Origin: Burkholderiales bacterium
Lineage (GTDB): Bacteria; Pseudomonadota; Gammaproteobacteria; Burkholderiales; Ga0077523
Direction of reading: 5' to 3'
Length of the DNA stretch: 52,877 nt
Assembly (NCBI GenBank): GCA_036771335.1
Contig: DAIPHN010000001.1
Coordinates: 1 to 52,877, forward strand
This document shows, piece by piece, positions 7,139 to 16,088 of this stretch. A program made the translations under genes and the position numbers. A model generated the notes under the pieces. The model saw nothing but the letters and a program-made list of their open reading frames with translations. It was not told where the DNA came from and made no database searches. Within the stretch, counting starts at the first letter, position 1; every line of letters begins with the position of its first letter.

Positions 7139-8506
7139 GTGAGCGGCTCCACGAACCGGATGCCCATGCCACCGAGCGGCGTTTTTGAAATCATGCCCAC
7201 GCCGCCCGAGGATATCCCCGCGCATGCCGCGGAAAGTGCCGCCGCCGACCTCGATGCGCCAGCCGGGGGCACCGATCGAGACGCAGCAGCTGACGGCATC
7301 GATCGCACCTTCGTCTGCAGCGTGTTGACGGTCGACATCGCGGCTTACGCGCGCAAGCCGGTGTCTGAGCAGATCCTGCTGAGGGAGCGATTCAACGCAA
7401 GGGTAGCGGACGCCATCGCCGACCTTCCGCCCGACGATCGCATCATCCTCGACACCGCAGGCGGCGTGGCCATCAACTTCCTTGGTGATCCGTCGGATGC
7501 CCTTTCCGTAGGCATTGCGCTGCGCGACGCGTTTCGCCGTCCCGGCAGGAATGGACCGCGCCTGGAGGTGCGCATGGGCTTGAACCGCGGACCCGTGCGA
7601 CTCGTCAAGGGCCCTGAGGGCCAGCCCAGCATCATGGGAGACGGGATCGATGTCGCCCAGCGCCTGATGACCTTCGCGGAGCCGGGGCAGGTAATCGTGT
7701 CGCGGTCATTCTTCGACGCGGTTTCCCGGTTATCTGCGGACTTCGCGCAGATGTTCGAGTACGTCGGCCTCCGCACGGACGAGCACGTGCGCGAGCATGA
7801 GGTGTGGGAAGCGGTCGACGGCACCCCCAGTGAGGAGACCGCAGGCTCGGGTCATGCCCGCGTCGGGCGAGGTGCCCGGGCCGGCTCGGCGCAGCCCAAG
7901 CCGCCGCCCCGTTCTCCCTGGCTGCGCAACCGGCGTCTCGCCTACGCTGCCTCGGCTGTCTCGGTGGTGCTCCTCGTCAGTGTGGTGATGCTCTCGCTGC
8001 CGCGCGGGCAATCCGATCCACCGGCTGCCGAGACGGCCATTGTCGACGCGACGCCCGCGCTCCAGCCGCTAGCCCCGCCTGCACAGACGCAGACCCGGGT
8101 GGTAGATCGGCCTGCGGACACGAAGCCACAGGCGCCAAGGGCAGCCAGCTCTCCGGGCCGTGAACCCGGTCACACCACCACCACCGCCGCCGCCGCCGCC
8201 GCGCCGAGCCGCGCCGCGAAGCCCGACCAGCGGGCCGACCCCGGTGCCGACAAGGCTGCCGGCTCCGCGCGAGCGTCCGCTCCGGTCAATACCGTGGAGA
8301 AGGCGGAGATCACGCTGGCCGTGAGCCCATGGGGCGAGATCTACGTGAACGGCGCCCGGGTGGGTGTGACCCCCCCCATGCACGCGGTGGAGGTTGCTCC
8401 CGGCCGAGTGGAGATCGAGATCCGTAACGGCAGCTTCCCAAGCCATGTGACTATCCTGGATCTCGAGCCGGGGCAGCGGGTGCGCCTGAAGCACAAGTTT
8501 TACTGA
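7139..8506 (+). CDS. Membrane protein with an N-terminal class III nucleotidyl-cyclase homology domain, one TM helix, a Pro/Ala-rich linker and a C-terminal PEGA-like domain
   Basis: FVCSVLTVDIAAYARK...RMGLNRGPVRLV...IMGDGIDVAQRLMTFAEPGQVIVS resembles the cyclase fold. The TM helix is AYAASAVSVVLLVSVVMLSL. The C-terminus ITLAVSPWGEIYVNGARVGVTPP...GRVEIEIRNGSF is PEGA-like. The start is uncertain (GTG 7139, or ATG 7160/7166). Confidence 0.7.
   Translation: MSGSTNRMPMPPSGVFEIMPTPPEDIPAHAAESAAADLDAPAGGTDRDAAADGIDRTFVCSVLTVDIAAYARKPVSEQILLRERFNARVADAIADLPPDDRIILDTAGGVAINFLGDPSDALSVGIALRDAFRRPGRNGPRLEVRMGLNRGPVRLVKGPEGQPSIMGDGIDVAQRLMTFAEPGQVIVSRSFFDAVSRLSADFAQMFEYVGLRTDEHVREHEVWEAVDGTPSEETAGSGHARVGRGARAGSAQPKPPPRSPWLRNRRLAYAASAVSVVLLVSVVMLSLPRGQSDPPAAETAIVDATPALQPLAPPAQTQTRVVDRPADTKPQAPRAASSPGREPGHTTTTAAAAAAPSRAAKPDQRADPGADKAAGSARASAPVNTVEKAEITLAVSPWGEIYVNGARVGVTPPMHAVEVAPGRVEIEIRNGSFPSHVTILDLEPGQRVRLKHKFY
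8174..8200 (+). repeat. In-frame trinucleotide repeat (ACC)4(GCC)5 within the cyclase/PEGA linker
   Basis: Read directly from the sequence. It encodes TTTTAAAAA. Confidence 0.9.
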
Positions 8507-8707
8507 TCCGACCCGATGATGTGGTTGCGCGGTGAATCTGACGATCAGGACCTGCAAGCAGCTGCGGACCGGGTCGCAGCCGGTGGCGAGGATTGCATGT
8601 TTTCGCCGCTTCGGTGGGCGCCTTGCCTTCGTTCGCCCCGGCTTCTGAGAATGGATGGCCCGGTTTAGGTAGGTGTCGAGCCGCTTGTCGAGGCGGTGTG
8701 TGAGCAG

Positions 8708-9274
8708 CTAGAGCACCTCGATGTCCCGCCTGGTGTCGGCCGGCCTAGCCTTCATGGGTTTGCAGTGATGGGCCACGGGTTTGCCAGGATTAGGAAAGAC
8801 ATTCTTGCGCCGGCAGCTGCGTTTGCCCGCCAGCACCTGCAGGCACCTGATCGGCCTTTCGCGGTGTAAGGCCCCGACAACGATCATCCAACTCGCGCGG
8901 CCCTGCGTATTGGAAGTGGAGATCATCGACAGCGCCTGGCGCGTACCACCCGGTTCCGTCATCACCGGCGTAGCGCCACGCCGGTCTTGGCGGGCGTCGC
9001 GTGCGCTGGTGTTGACCAGTATCGTATTGTTGCCCCAGTGAATCTCGTCACCTTTGGCGCGACTGGCCCGCCCGGGGCGCAGGGGTTGCCCGTTCCCTTC
9101 AGGCGGACCTCGGTCTGCGGGCTTGATGCCCGGCCAGCTCAGTACGGCATGCAGATCGATGATCTTGCGTACCCTCAAGCGGCTCAGGGCTGTCACGACC
9201 ATGATGTCCACACTCGCGGTACCCAGCAAAGGCAGTTCCGCGACCGGCTTGCGCCTCTCGTGCAATTGCGCCAA
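8708..9274 (-). pseudogene. Degenerate ORF of foreign-looking, lower-GC DNA. It could be a helicase-type or mobile-element gene remnant, but its identity is unresolved.
   Basis: The frame opens immediately after a stop with only a TTG start. The composition is unlike its neighbours. There is only faint resemblance to SF2 helicase motifs V/VI (IMVVT...Q.LRPGRASR). It sits between two functionally related genes. Confidence 0.25.
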
Positions 9275-9727
9275 GCTTTAGCAGCGAGCGTGTTTCTTGC
9301 CCGCGAAGCCCCTTCTCTATTGGGCTCCAGAAGTCCAGATTTCATGCGACCCGCTTAACAGGAGCCCGCAAGGGAAGGTCATTCGATACGCTGGATTCGA
9401 GCAGGCTAACCGTGATCGAAGCAATTCAACGCGTTCCCCGAGCAGCCTTGGGGCTTGCCGGTCTTGTTGCGGCGCCTCGCCGGGCGGAGGGTGCGACGCG
9501 CCCGCACGGCGCGCTCAGGCTGCGCGAGCGATTTCTCGAGCGAACCGCCCGGACGGTTTCCGGGCAGCCAAAACCGCAACGGAGGCGACGGCAGGCGCAC
9601 CGAGCCTCGATCGAGACGACCGAATCCGCGCCACGGATGGCACGCCACGTGCTGGGCTCCCGTGCGCTGTTCCCGGCCAAACGCCGCACGGCAGCGGCGA
9701 TCGATGCGCATGCGGGCAGCTAGAGCC

Positions 9728-10147
9728 ATGGGCGCCCGAATGGCTCTGTCGAGCCTGTTGCCGCTGCTTGCCGCGCTGGTGCTGGCAGGGTGCGCGGCCG
9801 ACCCTGTCAGGGAAGCCCGGAATACCGTTCGCAACCTCTCGAACCCGTTTGGCAAGAGCCAAGCCCAGCGTACCCTCGAAGATGGCATCCTTGATTATGA
9901 AGAGGGGCAGTACATGTCCTCCGCGCGCAAGCTTCGCGTGGCCATCGACGAGGGGCTTCGGCCGAGCGACCGCATCACGGCTCACAAGTATCTCGCCTTC
10001 ATCAGCTGCGTTTCGAATCGCGAGAGCCAGTGCCGGGAGGAGTTCAGGCGGGCGCTTCAGCTCGACGCGCGCTTCGAGCTCTCCCCCGCGGAAGCGGGCC
10101 ATCCCATCTGGGGCCCGGTGTTCCGCAACCTCAAGGCCTACCGGTGA
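9728..10147 (+). CDS. Lipoprotein with a conserved C-terminal HKYLAF..C....C..F..AL....F.L...E.GHP.WGPVF motif. It resembles lipoproteins I associate with kinase/T6SS-linked families (TssQ/TagQ-like), but this is tentative.
   Basis: The signal peptide has the lipobox LVLAGC. The stop TGA at 10145-10147 overlaps the GTG start of the kinase gene (GTGA). Alternative starts are at 9704, 9710 and 9740. Confidence 0.75.
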   Translation: MGARMALSSLLPLLAALVLAGCAADPVREARNTVRNLSNPFGKSQAQRTLEDGILDYEEGQYMSSARKLRVAIDEGLRPSDRITAHKYLAFISCVSNRESQCREEFRRALQLDARFELSPAEAGHPIWGPVFRNLKAYR

Positions 10148-11418
10148 GCCAGGCCGTCCAACGCCCAATCTCGGGAGGGGGGGGCGCTCGCCCCTTTGAC
10201 GCGTCTGCGTCCGCCCTTGCCCCAGTGGTCAGCCAGCTCGGCCGCTACGAAGTCGTGGCTCGCCTCGGAGAGGGGGCCATGGGCACGGTGTTCAAGGCCC
10301 GCGACCGGCTGCTCGATCGCCTGGTCGCCATCAAGACGATAAACCTTACCTCTCCCATAGAGGACATGGCCGAGGTCGAAGCGCGCTTCTACCAGGAAGC
10401 GCGGGCCGCCGGTGGCCTTAACCATCCAAACATCGTGGTGATCCATGACGTGGGCAAGATCGGTGAAATTGCGTTCATGGCCATGGAATACCTGGAGGGG
10501 CAGGAGTTGCGCGCCCTCCTGTCCCGGCGCGGCGCGCTGCCCGCGGCGGAGGCCGTGAGTATCGCTGCGCAGGTGGCGGAGGGGCTTTCCTTCGCCCATG
10601 CGCGCGGCGTGATCCACCGCGATATCAAGCCCAGCAATATCATGATCGGGCGCGACGGCCGCGCGAAGATCACCGATTTTGGCATTGCCCGCCTCTGCAC
10701 TTCCGAGATCAAGACCATGACGGGGGCAATCTTCGGCTCGCCGCGCTACATCTCGCCGGAGCTGGTAGCGGGGAGGCGCGCCGACCACCGCAGCGATATC
10801 TTCGCCCTGGGAGTGGTGCTCTACGAGATGCTCGCTGGCGAGCCGCCCTTCCAGGCAAACAACTTGCACGGCCTGATGTACCAGACCATGAACGCTGAGC
10901 CGCCAGCGCCCAGCAGCCTCCGCCCGGCGATTCCTCCCATTCTCGACTTCGTGGTGGCCAAGGCTCTCGCGAAGTCCGCCGACACGCGTTACCAGCATGC
11001 GCGCGAGTTCGCCGAAGACCTGCGCGCAAGCGTTGAGGAGGGCCGCGCCAGCGCCGTCGAGCAGCGTATCCGGGCGAGCCTCGCGAGGCCTGCCTCGCCG
11101 CGCCTGCCGGAGTCGGAGACGGGCCGCGCCGGTGGCGACAGCAGCGCCCCCGCCCCGGCGGGACCGGTCATCCTGAATCTGGTCGCCTCCCCGCCCGCGT
11201 ACACGCTGTCCAGGGCATTCGACTCCACCGATGCCACCATGCGCCTCGTCTCCCTGGGCAGCCGGCCAGTGGAGCAGCCCGCTGGGCAAGCGCCCTCCCC
11301 GGGGGCGCAGCTCCTTGCGGAGAGACCTGCGTTTTCTCCTACCAGGTTGACCAAGTGGCTCTGGGCCGTGGCCGCCTTTGGGACGGTGGCCACCGTGGGC
11401 ATCCTGCTGCTGCGCTGA
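10144..11418 (+). CDS. Hanks-type Ser/Thr protein kinase with a single C-terminal transmembrane anchor
   Basis: GEGAMGTVFKA, VAIK, HRDIKPSN, DFG and SPE motifs are present. The last 20 residues, WLWAVAAFGTVATVGILLLR, form a TM helix at the extreme C-terminus. The in-frame GTG at 10144 was chosen because no Met precedes the kinase domain. Confidence 0.9.
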   Translation: MSQAVQRPISGGGGARPFDASASALAPVVSQLGRYEVVARLGEGAMGTVFKARDRLLDRLVAIKTINLTSPIEDMAEVEARFYQEARAAGGLNHPNIVVIHDVGKIGEIAFMAMEYLEGQELRALLSRRGALPAAEAVSIAAQVAEGLSFAHARGVIHRDIKPSNIMIGRDGRAKITDFGIARLCTSEIKTMTGAIFGSPRYISPELVAGRRADHRSDIFALGVVLYEMLAGEPPFQANNLHGLMYQTMNAEPPAPSSLRPAIPPILDFVVAKALAKSADTRYQHAREFAEDLRASVEEGRASAVEQRIRASLARPASPRLPESETGRAGGDSSAPAPAGPVILNLVASPPAYTLSRAFDSTDATMRLVSLGSRPVEQPAGQAPSPGAQLLAERPAFSPTRLTKWLWAVAAFGTVATVGILLLR

Positions 11419-11720
11419 GCGCGTCATATCGCGCCGGCGCTGCGGCACAGCAGAGCCGGCAGCGAGGTAAGAGGGTTGTGCTCCGGACCGGGGTGAGGCG
11501 CCGCGGATTGACGCGAGGATCTGGTCCAGGAGCATCTGGAACGCAACCACCCGCCGCCGCTGGCCGTCCTTATTGGCCACGATGCACGGACCAGTACCTC
11601 CGGCACTACCGGGCGAGGAACATGGCTGAGGGGGTGGAATCGCTCTGGACCTGGTTGTGCCGGACGCGAAGAGCCCTTCCGCGACGGCACCTACCGCATC
11701 GTCATGTGCCAGCAGGGATA

Positions 11721-12175
11721 CATGCAGCGCGCTGCAGGGCTGGCGCCATGGATGAGCAGGGCGCGGCTACTCAATCTTGTGCTCCACATCGACACGGGGC
11801 GCAGCGCGCTCGGGGGCCCGCTGAGGAGCCTCGCGTCGGTGGCAGACCCGGTGGTCGCGCGCATGCCCCGCACGGGGTCTGCCTGCGCCCCGCAGTGCCC
11901 CCCTGTACCCGCGCGGGAATTGCCGCTCGCCCTCGGAGGCTGAACTGGGAGAAGCACGACAAGGGTGCAGGCAGAAACGACAAGCGCGCTCGCTCGGCCG
12001 AGGCCCGGGATCTGCGGGATGCGGCCGGTAAACGCTGATCCAGGCCGGAGCCACGCGTGAGTCGCTGCTTCACGGGAGGAACCTTCGCCCTGCCGAGCGG
12101 GCGACCGGACCGAGGCACAGGAACGACGGTAGCAGGCTGCGCAAGAACTTTTCGGGATTCGTATTCGCTTCGCGG
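11721..12175 (+). repeat. Repeat copy B (full length but degraded, with an internal insertion of about 170 nt and a decayed promoter)
   Basis: See copy A for the alignment. TGCAGCGC lies at 11723-11730. The -35 is changed to GCGACC and the -10 region is disrupted. Confidence 0.75.
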
Positions 12176-12205
12176 TGCCGGCCCTGCGCCCCATGCGCGC
12201 CCGCA

Positions 12206-12415
12206 TTACTGCCGCAACCCGCCGGGTGCCGTGCGCGCCAACCGCCGCCCGAGCCAGAGCGCGACACCGGCGCCCGCCACTAGGGGGAACACGACCCACT
12301 GCACGATCGCGCTGAATGCCGCCATGTCGCGCAGATCGCCAGAGTAGACAAACGCGCCGATCATGGGTGCCGCCGCCACGTGCAGGTTACGGATGAGACG
12401 GTACGGTAAGCGCAT
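12206..12415 (-). CDS. Candidate small membrane protein (69 aa)
   Basis: The hydrophobic stretch AAFSAIVQWVVFPLVAGAGVALWLG is present. I recognise no family. Confidence 0.3.
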   Translation of the reverse strand: MRLPYRLIRNLHVAAAPMIGAFVYSGDLRDMAAFSAIVQWVVFPLVAGAGVALWLGRRLARTAPGGLRQ

Positions 12416-12505
12416 TGCAGGACTCCTCTGTGAGTTTGAAGTAACGGGTGGGCCGACGAATGGGTGGCGCTGGGACGGTGGACTCGGCGAAGCCGGTTTG
12501 GGGCA

Positions 12506-13114
12506 TCACGCGGCCTCCTCGTGGGGGTCAAGCGGCCGCAGCAACCGTTTGGACACCGCCGCCGCGAATGCGCGCGGCGTGAAGCGTCTGACAAATACAA
12601 GCATGCTCCTCGCGCACCTGACCGCCCTCGCCATACCGCCGTCGGGCGTCAGATCCGCGCTACCGCGCGGGTTTGCGCAGCTTGCCTCGCCGAAAGGGTG
12701 CCAGCCGGCAATGCGCCGTGGGTCGACCCCGTCGAACAACGTGGTATCGGTCGAATCAGGCGACTGGCCGCTGATGCGGCCCCCGAAATCTTCGATCTCC
12801 CTGGCCAGCGCATCGGAGAAGTTGACCGCCAACGCCTTGGATCGACCGCGTGCCGTGAAGAACGGCGCCAGCCAAGAGGCGGCCGACAACGCGACGTTCA
12901 GGACCCGCCCCGGCCGTAGCCGTTTCATCTGTGCACCGTACCGGTGGGAGGACCCGGCAACGCCCATCACGTTAAGCTGCAGCATCTGCCGCAGGCTTGC
13001 CAGATCGAGACCGTTGCCGTTGCCGGCCCCGGTCAGCAGCGTTGTCGTATTCGAGTGCAATCGCGCCTCCTTCGTGCGGGGAGACTCACCATTTGTCAGA
13101 AACATCGTTACCAC
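12506..13114 (-). pseudogene. Decayed SDR-family oxidoreductase remnant
   Basis: LLTGAGNGNG (glycine-rich NAD motif) is followed almost at once by LNVMGV...RVLNVALSAAS...SKALAVNFSDALAREI. About 70 residues between the motifs are missing and the catalytic Tyr position is not Tyr. Confidence 0.45.
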
Positions 13115-13180
13115 AGAGACAAAGAAAGTGCCTGCTTGCGTCGATGCCGCTGAAACGGCCGGCTGAACCCGGGGCGCGCA

Positions 13181-13702
13181 TCAGTACCTCATGCTCACCC
13201 GCAGAATCACGGGCTCCCCGCTCGCAACGGCGAATTTGGACTCATCCCATTTCGGGCTCGACAGCGCATGGGTGCGGTTGTTGGTTACGCCGTAGCTCTC
13301 GGTAGGTATGCCGACGAAGTTCTTGTCGAGCTTGCCGTTGCTGTTTTCGTCGTGGAAGACTGCCACCGCGTAGGTTCCCGGCCTGAGATTGCTGAAGGTG
13401 CACACGCCCTGCGTGCCATCAATGGGCGCGCGCACCGTGGCTGTGCCTTCGCCGTCGGGAAAGCTGCTGGCCTTGGTGAACAGACCGCAGTTCAGCGTGC
13501 CCTTGGTATTGCGAAACGACGATACCTCCACGCGCAGGGTGGCGCCGGTGTCGTCATTGGCCAGGGCGGAGGGCCTAGGCAAGGCCGCGAGCAGTGCAGC
13601 CGCGAGGGCCGCAATCGTGGTGCGCGTCGCGGCCGAGAGTTGCCCCGCTGGCGATGATTGCGCGCCGCGACGCCGGTTGATTCGATACGCGCTTGTCTTC
13701 AT
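13181..13702 (-). CDS. DUF2141-family secreted protein
   Basis: The signal peptide is followed by TLRVEVSSFRNTKGTLNCGLF...PGTYAVAVFHDENSNGKLDKNFVGIPTESYGVTNN, which matches the DUF2141 pattern. Confidence 0.85.
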   Translation of the reverse strand: MKTSAYRINRRRGAQSSPAGQLSAATRTTIAALAAALLAALPRPSALANDDTGATLRVEVSSFRNTKGTLNCGLFTKASSFPDGEGTATVRAPIDGTQGVCTFSNLRPGTYAVAVFHDENSNGKLDKNFVGIPTESYGVTNNRTHALSSPKWDESKFAVASGEPVILRVSMRY

Positions 13703-13742
13703 CGTTGATGCTTGCTTGGTCGTGGGAGGCTTTATCAGGGGT

Positions 13743-14378
13743 CTATTTCGCTGGCGCCGAAAGCCCCAGCCCGGACAGCGCGTCGGCGACCGCCAGCCGC
13801 GCGAGCCGCTCTCCTTCGGTGTCGAACGGGGTGATGCCTTCAAGCTCCAGCGAGACGGGGCCGTGCACGGCGGCCCAGAGCCGAACCGCCGCCTCGCCGT
13901 GATCCGCGGACCCGGCGCCGAGCGCGGCGCGGGCCTGGGCCACCGCCTCTTCCAGCGCGCTGAGCGCGAGTTGCGCCTGCTGGCGTGAGAAGTCTGTGGG
14001 CACGTGGTCCGGCAGCGCATTGCCGAACATGACGTGAAACAACGCCCGGTTACAGAGCGCGAACGCGCGGTACGACAGCACGACGGGAACGAGCGCGCGC
14101 ACCGGGTCTCGATGGCGCCTCCGCTCGCGCTCGACCGTGAAGCGCAGTAGGGCGAAGCCTTCAACCTTCAGGCCTTCACTCAAGCCGTTCTTGCCGCCGA
14201 ACAGCGTGTAGACCACCTTGGTGGAGCAGTTGACCCGCTGGGCCAGGGTGCGCAGCGTCAGCGCCTGCGGTCCTTCTTCGGCTAGTAGCATGGCCGCGGC
14301 ATCGAGCAGGCCGCGTCGCACTGCGGCGTCGCCCTCGTGTCGGCCGATCTGGTAATCGAACGAAGCGTCGGTGGTCAT
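13743..14378 (-). CDS. TetR/AcrR-family transcriptional regulator
   Basis: The N-terminal HTH is LLDAAAMLLAEEGPQALTLRTLAQRVNCSTKVVYTLFGGKNGL. Confidence 0.9.
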   Translation of the reverse strand: MTTDASFDYQIGRHEGDAAVRRGLLDAAAMLLAEEGPQALTLRTLAQRVNCSTKVVYTLFGGKNGLSEGLKVEGFALLRFTVERERRRHRDPVRALVPVVLSYRAFALCNRALFHVMFGNALPDHVPTDFSRQQAQLALSALEEAVAQARAALGAGSADHGEAAVRLWAAVHGPVSLELEGITPFDTEGERLARLAVADALSGLGLSAPAK

Positions 14379-14380
14379 GA

Positions 14381-14395
14381 GGTAACAATGTTACC
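14381..14395. promoter_or_regulatory. Perfect 7-1-7 palindrome GGTAACAATGTTACC, a candidate TetR operator
   Basis: It lies 3 nt upstream of the TetR start codon, in the divergent TetR/ansA intergenic region. Confidence 0.5.
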
Positions 14396-14681
14396 AAAGC
14401 ATGCGCGCTTTTCAAGCCTGTGTCACACAATCACCGGTTCGCCCGGTCCGGGCGCCCGGTATCCGCGGGCGAAGCCCGGTACACGTCGGCTGAGGCCCGT
14501 CGTGGTTCAGTCGCAGCGAAAATCCCATGAGGTGGCATGCGCGCCGCCGGTCCGTAGCCGCAACCGGCAAGCTCCTGCGTGCTGATGCCGTGCCACCCGC
14601 GCTCCCGTCGCCGTGTGCAAGGCCTCGGTGAGCCATCCCGGCGGTGCCCTCCAGGGCCCGGACAGCGTTAGACTTCCAAGG

Positions 14682-15779
14682 ATGATCGACACCGAACCGA
14701 TCCCGCGGACCTTGCTCGTGCTCCATACCGGGGGCACCATTGGCATGCGCCCGGGGCCCCGGGGCTTCACGCCCTCGCGGGGGGCGCTCCTCGAAGCGAT
14801 TGCCCGGACGCCGCAGTTGCATGACCCGGCCGTGGGCATCGGTGAGCACGGCGGGCGGCCGAGCTTCACGACGGCCCCGTTCGCTTCGGGAGCGCGTGTC
14901 CGTTACGAGGTCATCGAGTACGACCTGCTGCTCGACTCCGCAAACCTCGAGATCTCTCACTGGGCCCGCGTTGGCGAGGATCTCGGGCGCATGCACGATG
15001 AATTCGATGGCTTCGTGGTACTGCACGGCACCGACACCATGGCATTCACTGCATCGGCACTGTCCTTCATGCTCGAGGGATTTGCCAAGCCGGTGGTGCT
15101 CACGGGCTCGCAGATTCCGCTCGGCCACCTGCGCAGCGACGCCCTGGGCAACTTCCTCGGGGCCCTGGAGCTCGCGGCGCTCTACCCGATCCCCGAAGTT
15201 ACACTCTACTTTCACCACAAGCTCCTGCGCGGCAACCGGGCGATCAAGCACGACGCATCGAGCCTCGACGCGTTCGACTCGCCCAATCTTCCGCCGCTCG
15301 CCACCGTGGGCATCCACGTCAATCTAAATGAGGCTCTGCGCCTGCCGGCCGATGCGCGGTTGTTGCGGGTGCGGACCGAGCTGAGCGCTCATGTGGCCTC
15401 GCTGCGGCTCTACCCGGGCATCACCTCCGCCGTCCTCGAGAACTTCCTCCGACCTCCGCTCGAGGGTCTGGTGCTCGAGACCTACGGCTCCGGCAACGCC
15501 CCCGAGCGTGCCGATCTCCTCGCGGTGTTGCGCGAAGCAAGTGCCCGGGGCGTCCTGATTCTCAATGTCACGCAGTGTCCGCGCGGCCAGGTGCGGGGCG
15601 ACTACCAGGTGGGTCGGGCGCTAGCCGACGTCGGCGTGATCGCTGGCAGGGACCTCACCTCGGAGGCGGCCATGGCCAAGCTCGCCCTCGTCCTGGGACA
15701 GCGCGCGGCCGCCGGCTGGACGCGCGAGGCGCAGGTACGCCTCCTCCAGACCCCGCTCCGCGGCGAGATGAGCAGCTAG
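14682..15779 (+). CDS. ansA: Type I L-asparaginase
   Basis: LLVLHTGGTIGM (catalytic Thr motif), VVLHGTDTMAFTASAL and VVLTGSQIPL are present. Confidence 0.9.
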   Translation: MIDTEPIPRTLLVLHTGGTIGMRPGPRGFTPSRGALLEAIARTPQLHDPAVGIGEHGGRPSFTTAPFASGARVRYEVIEYDLLLDSANLEISHWARVGEDLGRMHDEFDGFVVLHGTDTMAFTASALSFMLEGFAKPVVLTGSQIPLGHLRSDALGNFLGALELAALYPIPEVTLYFHHKLLRGNRAIKHDASSLDAFDSPNLPPLATVGIHVNLNEALRLPADARLLRVRTELSAHVASLRLYPGITSAVLENFLRPPLEGLVLETYGSGNAPERADLLAVLREASARGVLILNVTQCPRGQVRGDYQVGRALADVGVIAGRDLTSEAAMAKLALVLGQRAAAGWTREAQVRLLQTPLRGEMSS

Positions 15780-15789
15780 ATCGCTGAAC

Positions 15790-16088
15790 CGGCAGGCCGC
15801 TGCGGCGGACGCGTTCATCGCGCGTGGCGCCAGGGTCAGCCAGCCCGCACTGGCTCAGGCCATGTGGGTGCTCGCGAAGGTTTGCGAGCGCGACGCGTGC
15901 AGCATCGCCGCCGCGGCGGCACTGGTCCTGAATAACGAGCAGCTGCTGCTTCAGCACGCCGACGTGGTGACTCGGGCGCCGGACCTTTCCGGGAAGCGGC
16001 CCGCTCCGGGATTTTTCGACTGCCTCATGCCGGCGACCGCGAGCAGGTCCGGGCACGTGCCGCTCTGGCGTTTCGATCGCGCGCTTGT
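15790..16088 (+). pseudogene. PIN-domain (VapC-like) toxin remnant lacking its N-terminus
   Basis: My own translation gives ...FIARGARVSQPALAQAMWVLAKV...FFDCLMPATASRSGHVPLWRFDRAL. This matches the C-terminal two thirds of VapC-type PIN proteins. It begins right after the ansA stop, with no start codon and no antitoxin. Confidence 0.4.

Noticed and set aside
8161-8230. Repetitive codon runs elsewhere, and the GGTACC 9-mers at 16221-16256, could be CRISPR-like arrays.
   Set aside because: The units are 3-9 nt with no spacers, and no cas genes are present. They are simple sequence repeats.
8708-9274. I tried to call a transposase (IS66, IS21, IS3 or Tn3-like) for the degenerate ORF, which would imply an IS element between the cyclase and lipoprotein genes.
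   Set aside because: I found no DDE or HTH signature, no terminal inverted repeats and no target-site duplication. The similarity strings I tried (GRKN.LF, IDNN) do not keep family spacing. I kept it only as an unresolved remnant.
9275-9500. An additional partial repeat copy might lie upstream of the lipoprotein gene. GCAGCGAGCGTGTTTCTTGCC resembles GCAGCGAGTTGCGTTTTGCTC at 6964-6984, and CTTGTTGCGGCGCCTCGCCGGGCGG resembles part of the A leader near 7040-7090.
   Set aside because: There are only two short, gapped matches in GC-rich sequence. By eye I cannot separate them from chance. The question is worth a formal local alignment.
11419-11720. A minus-strand reading ...GPCIVANKDGQRRRVVAFQMLLDQILASI... 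lies just downstream of the kinase gene and might be a gene fragment.
   Set aside because: I recognise no family. The frame is bounded by a nearby stop and runs antisense into the kinase gene (track ORF 10138-11580). It is most likely chance.
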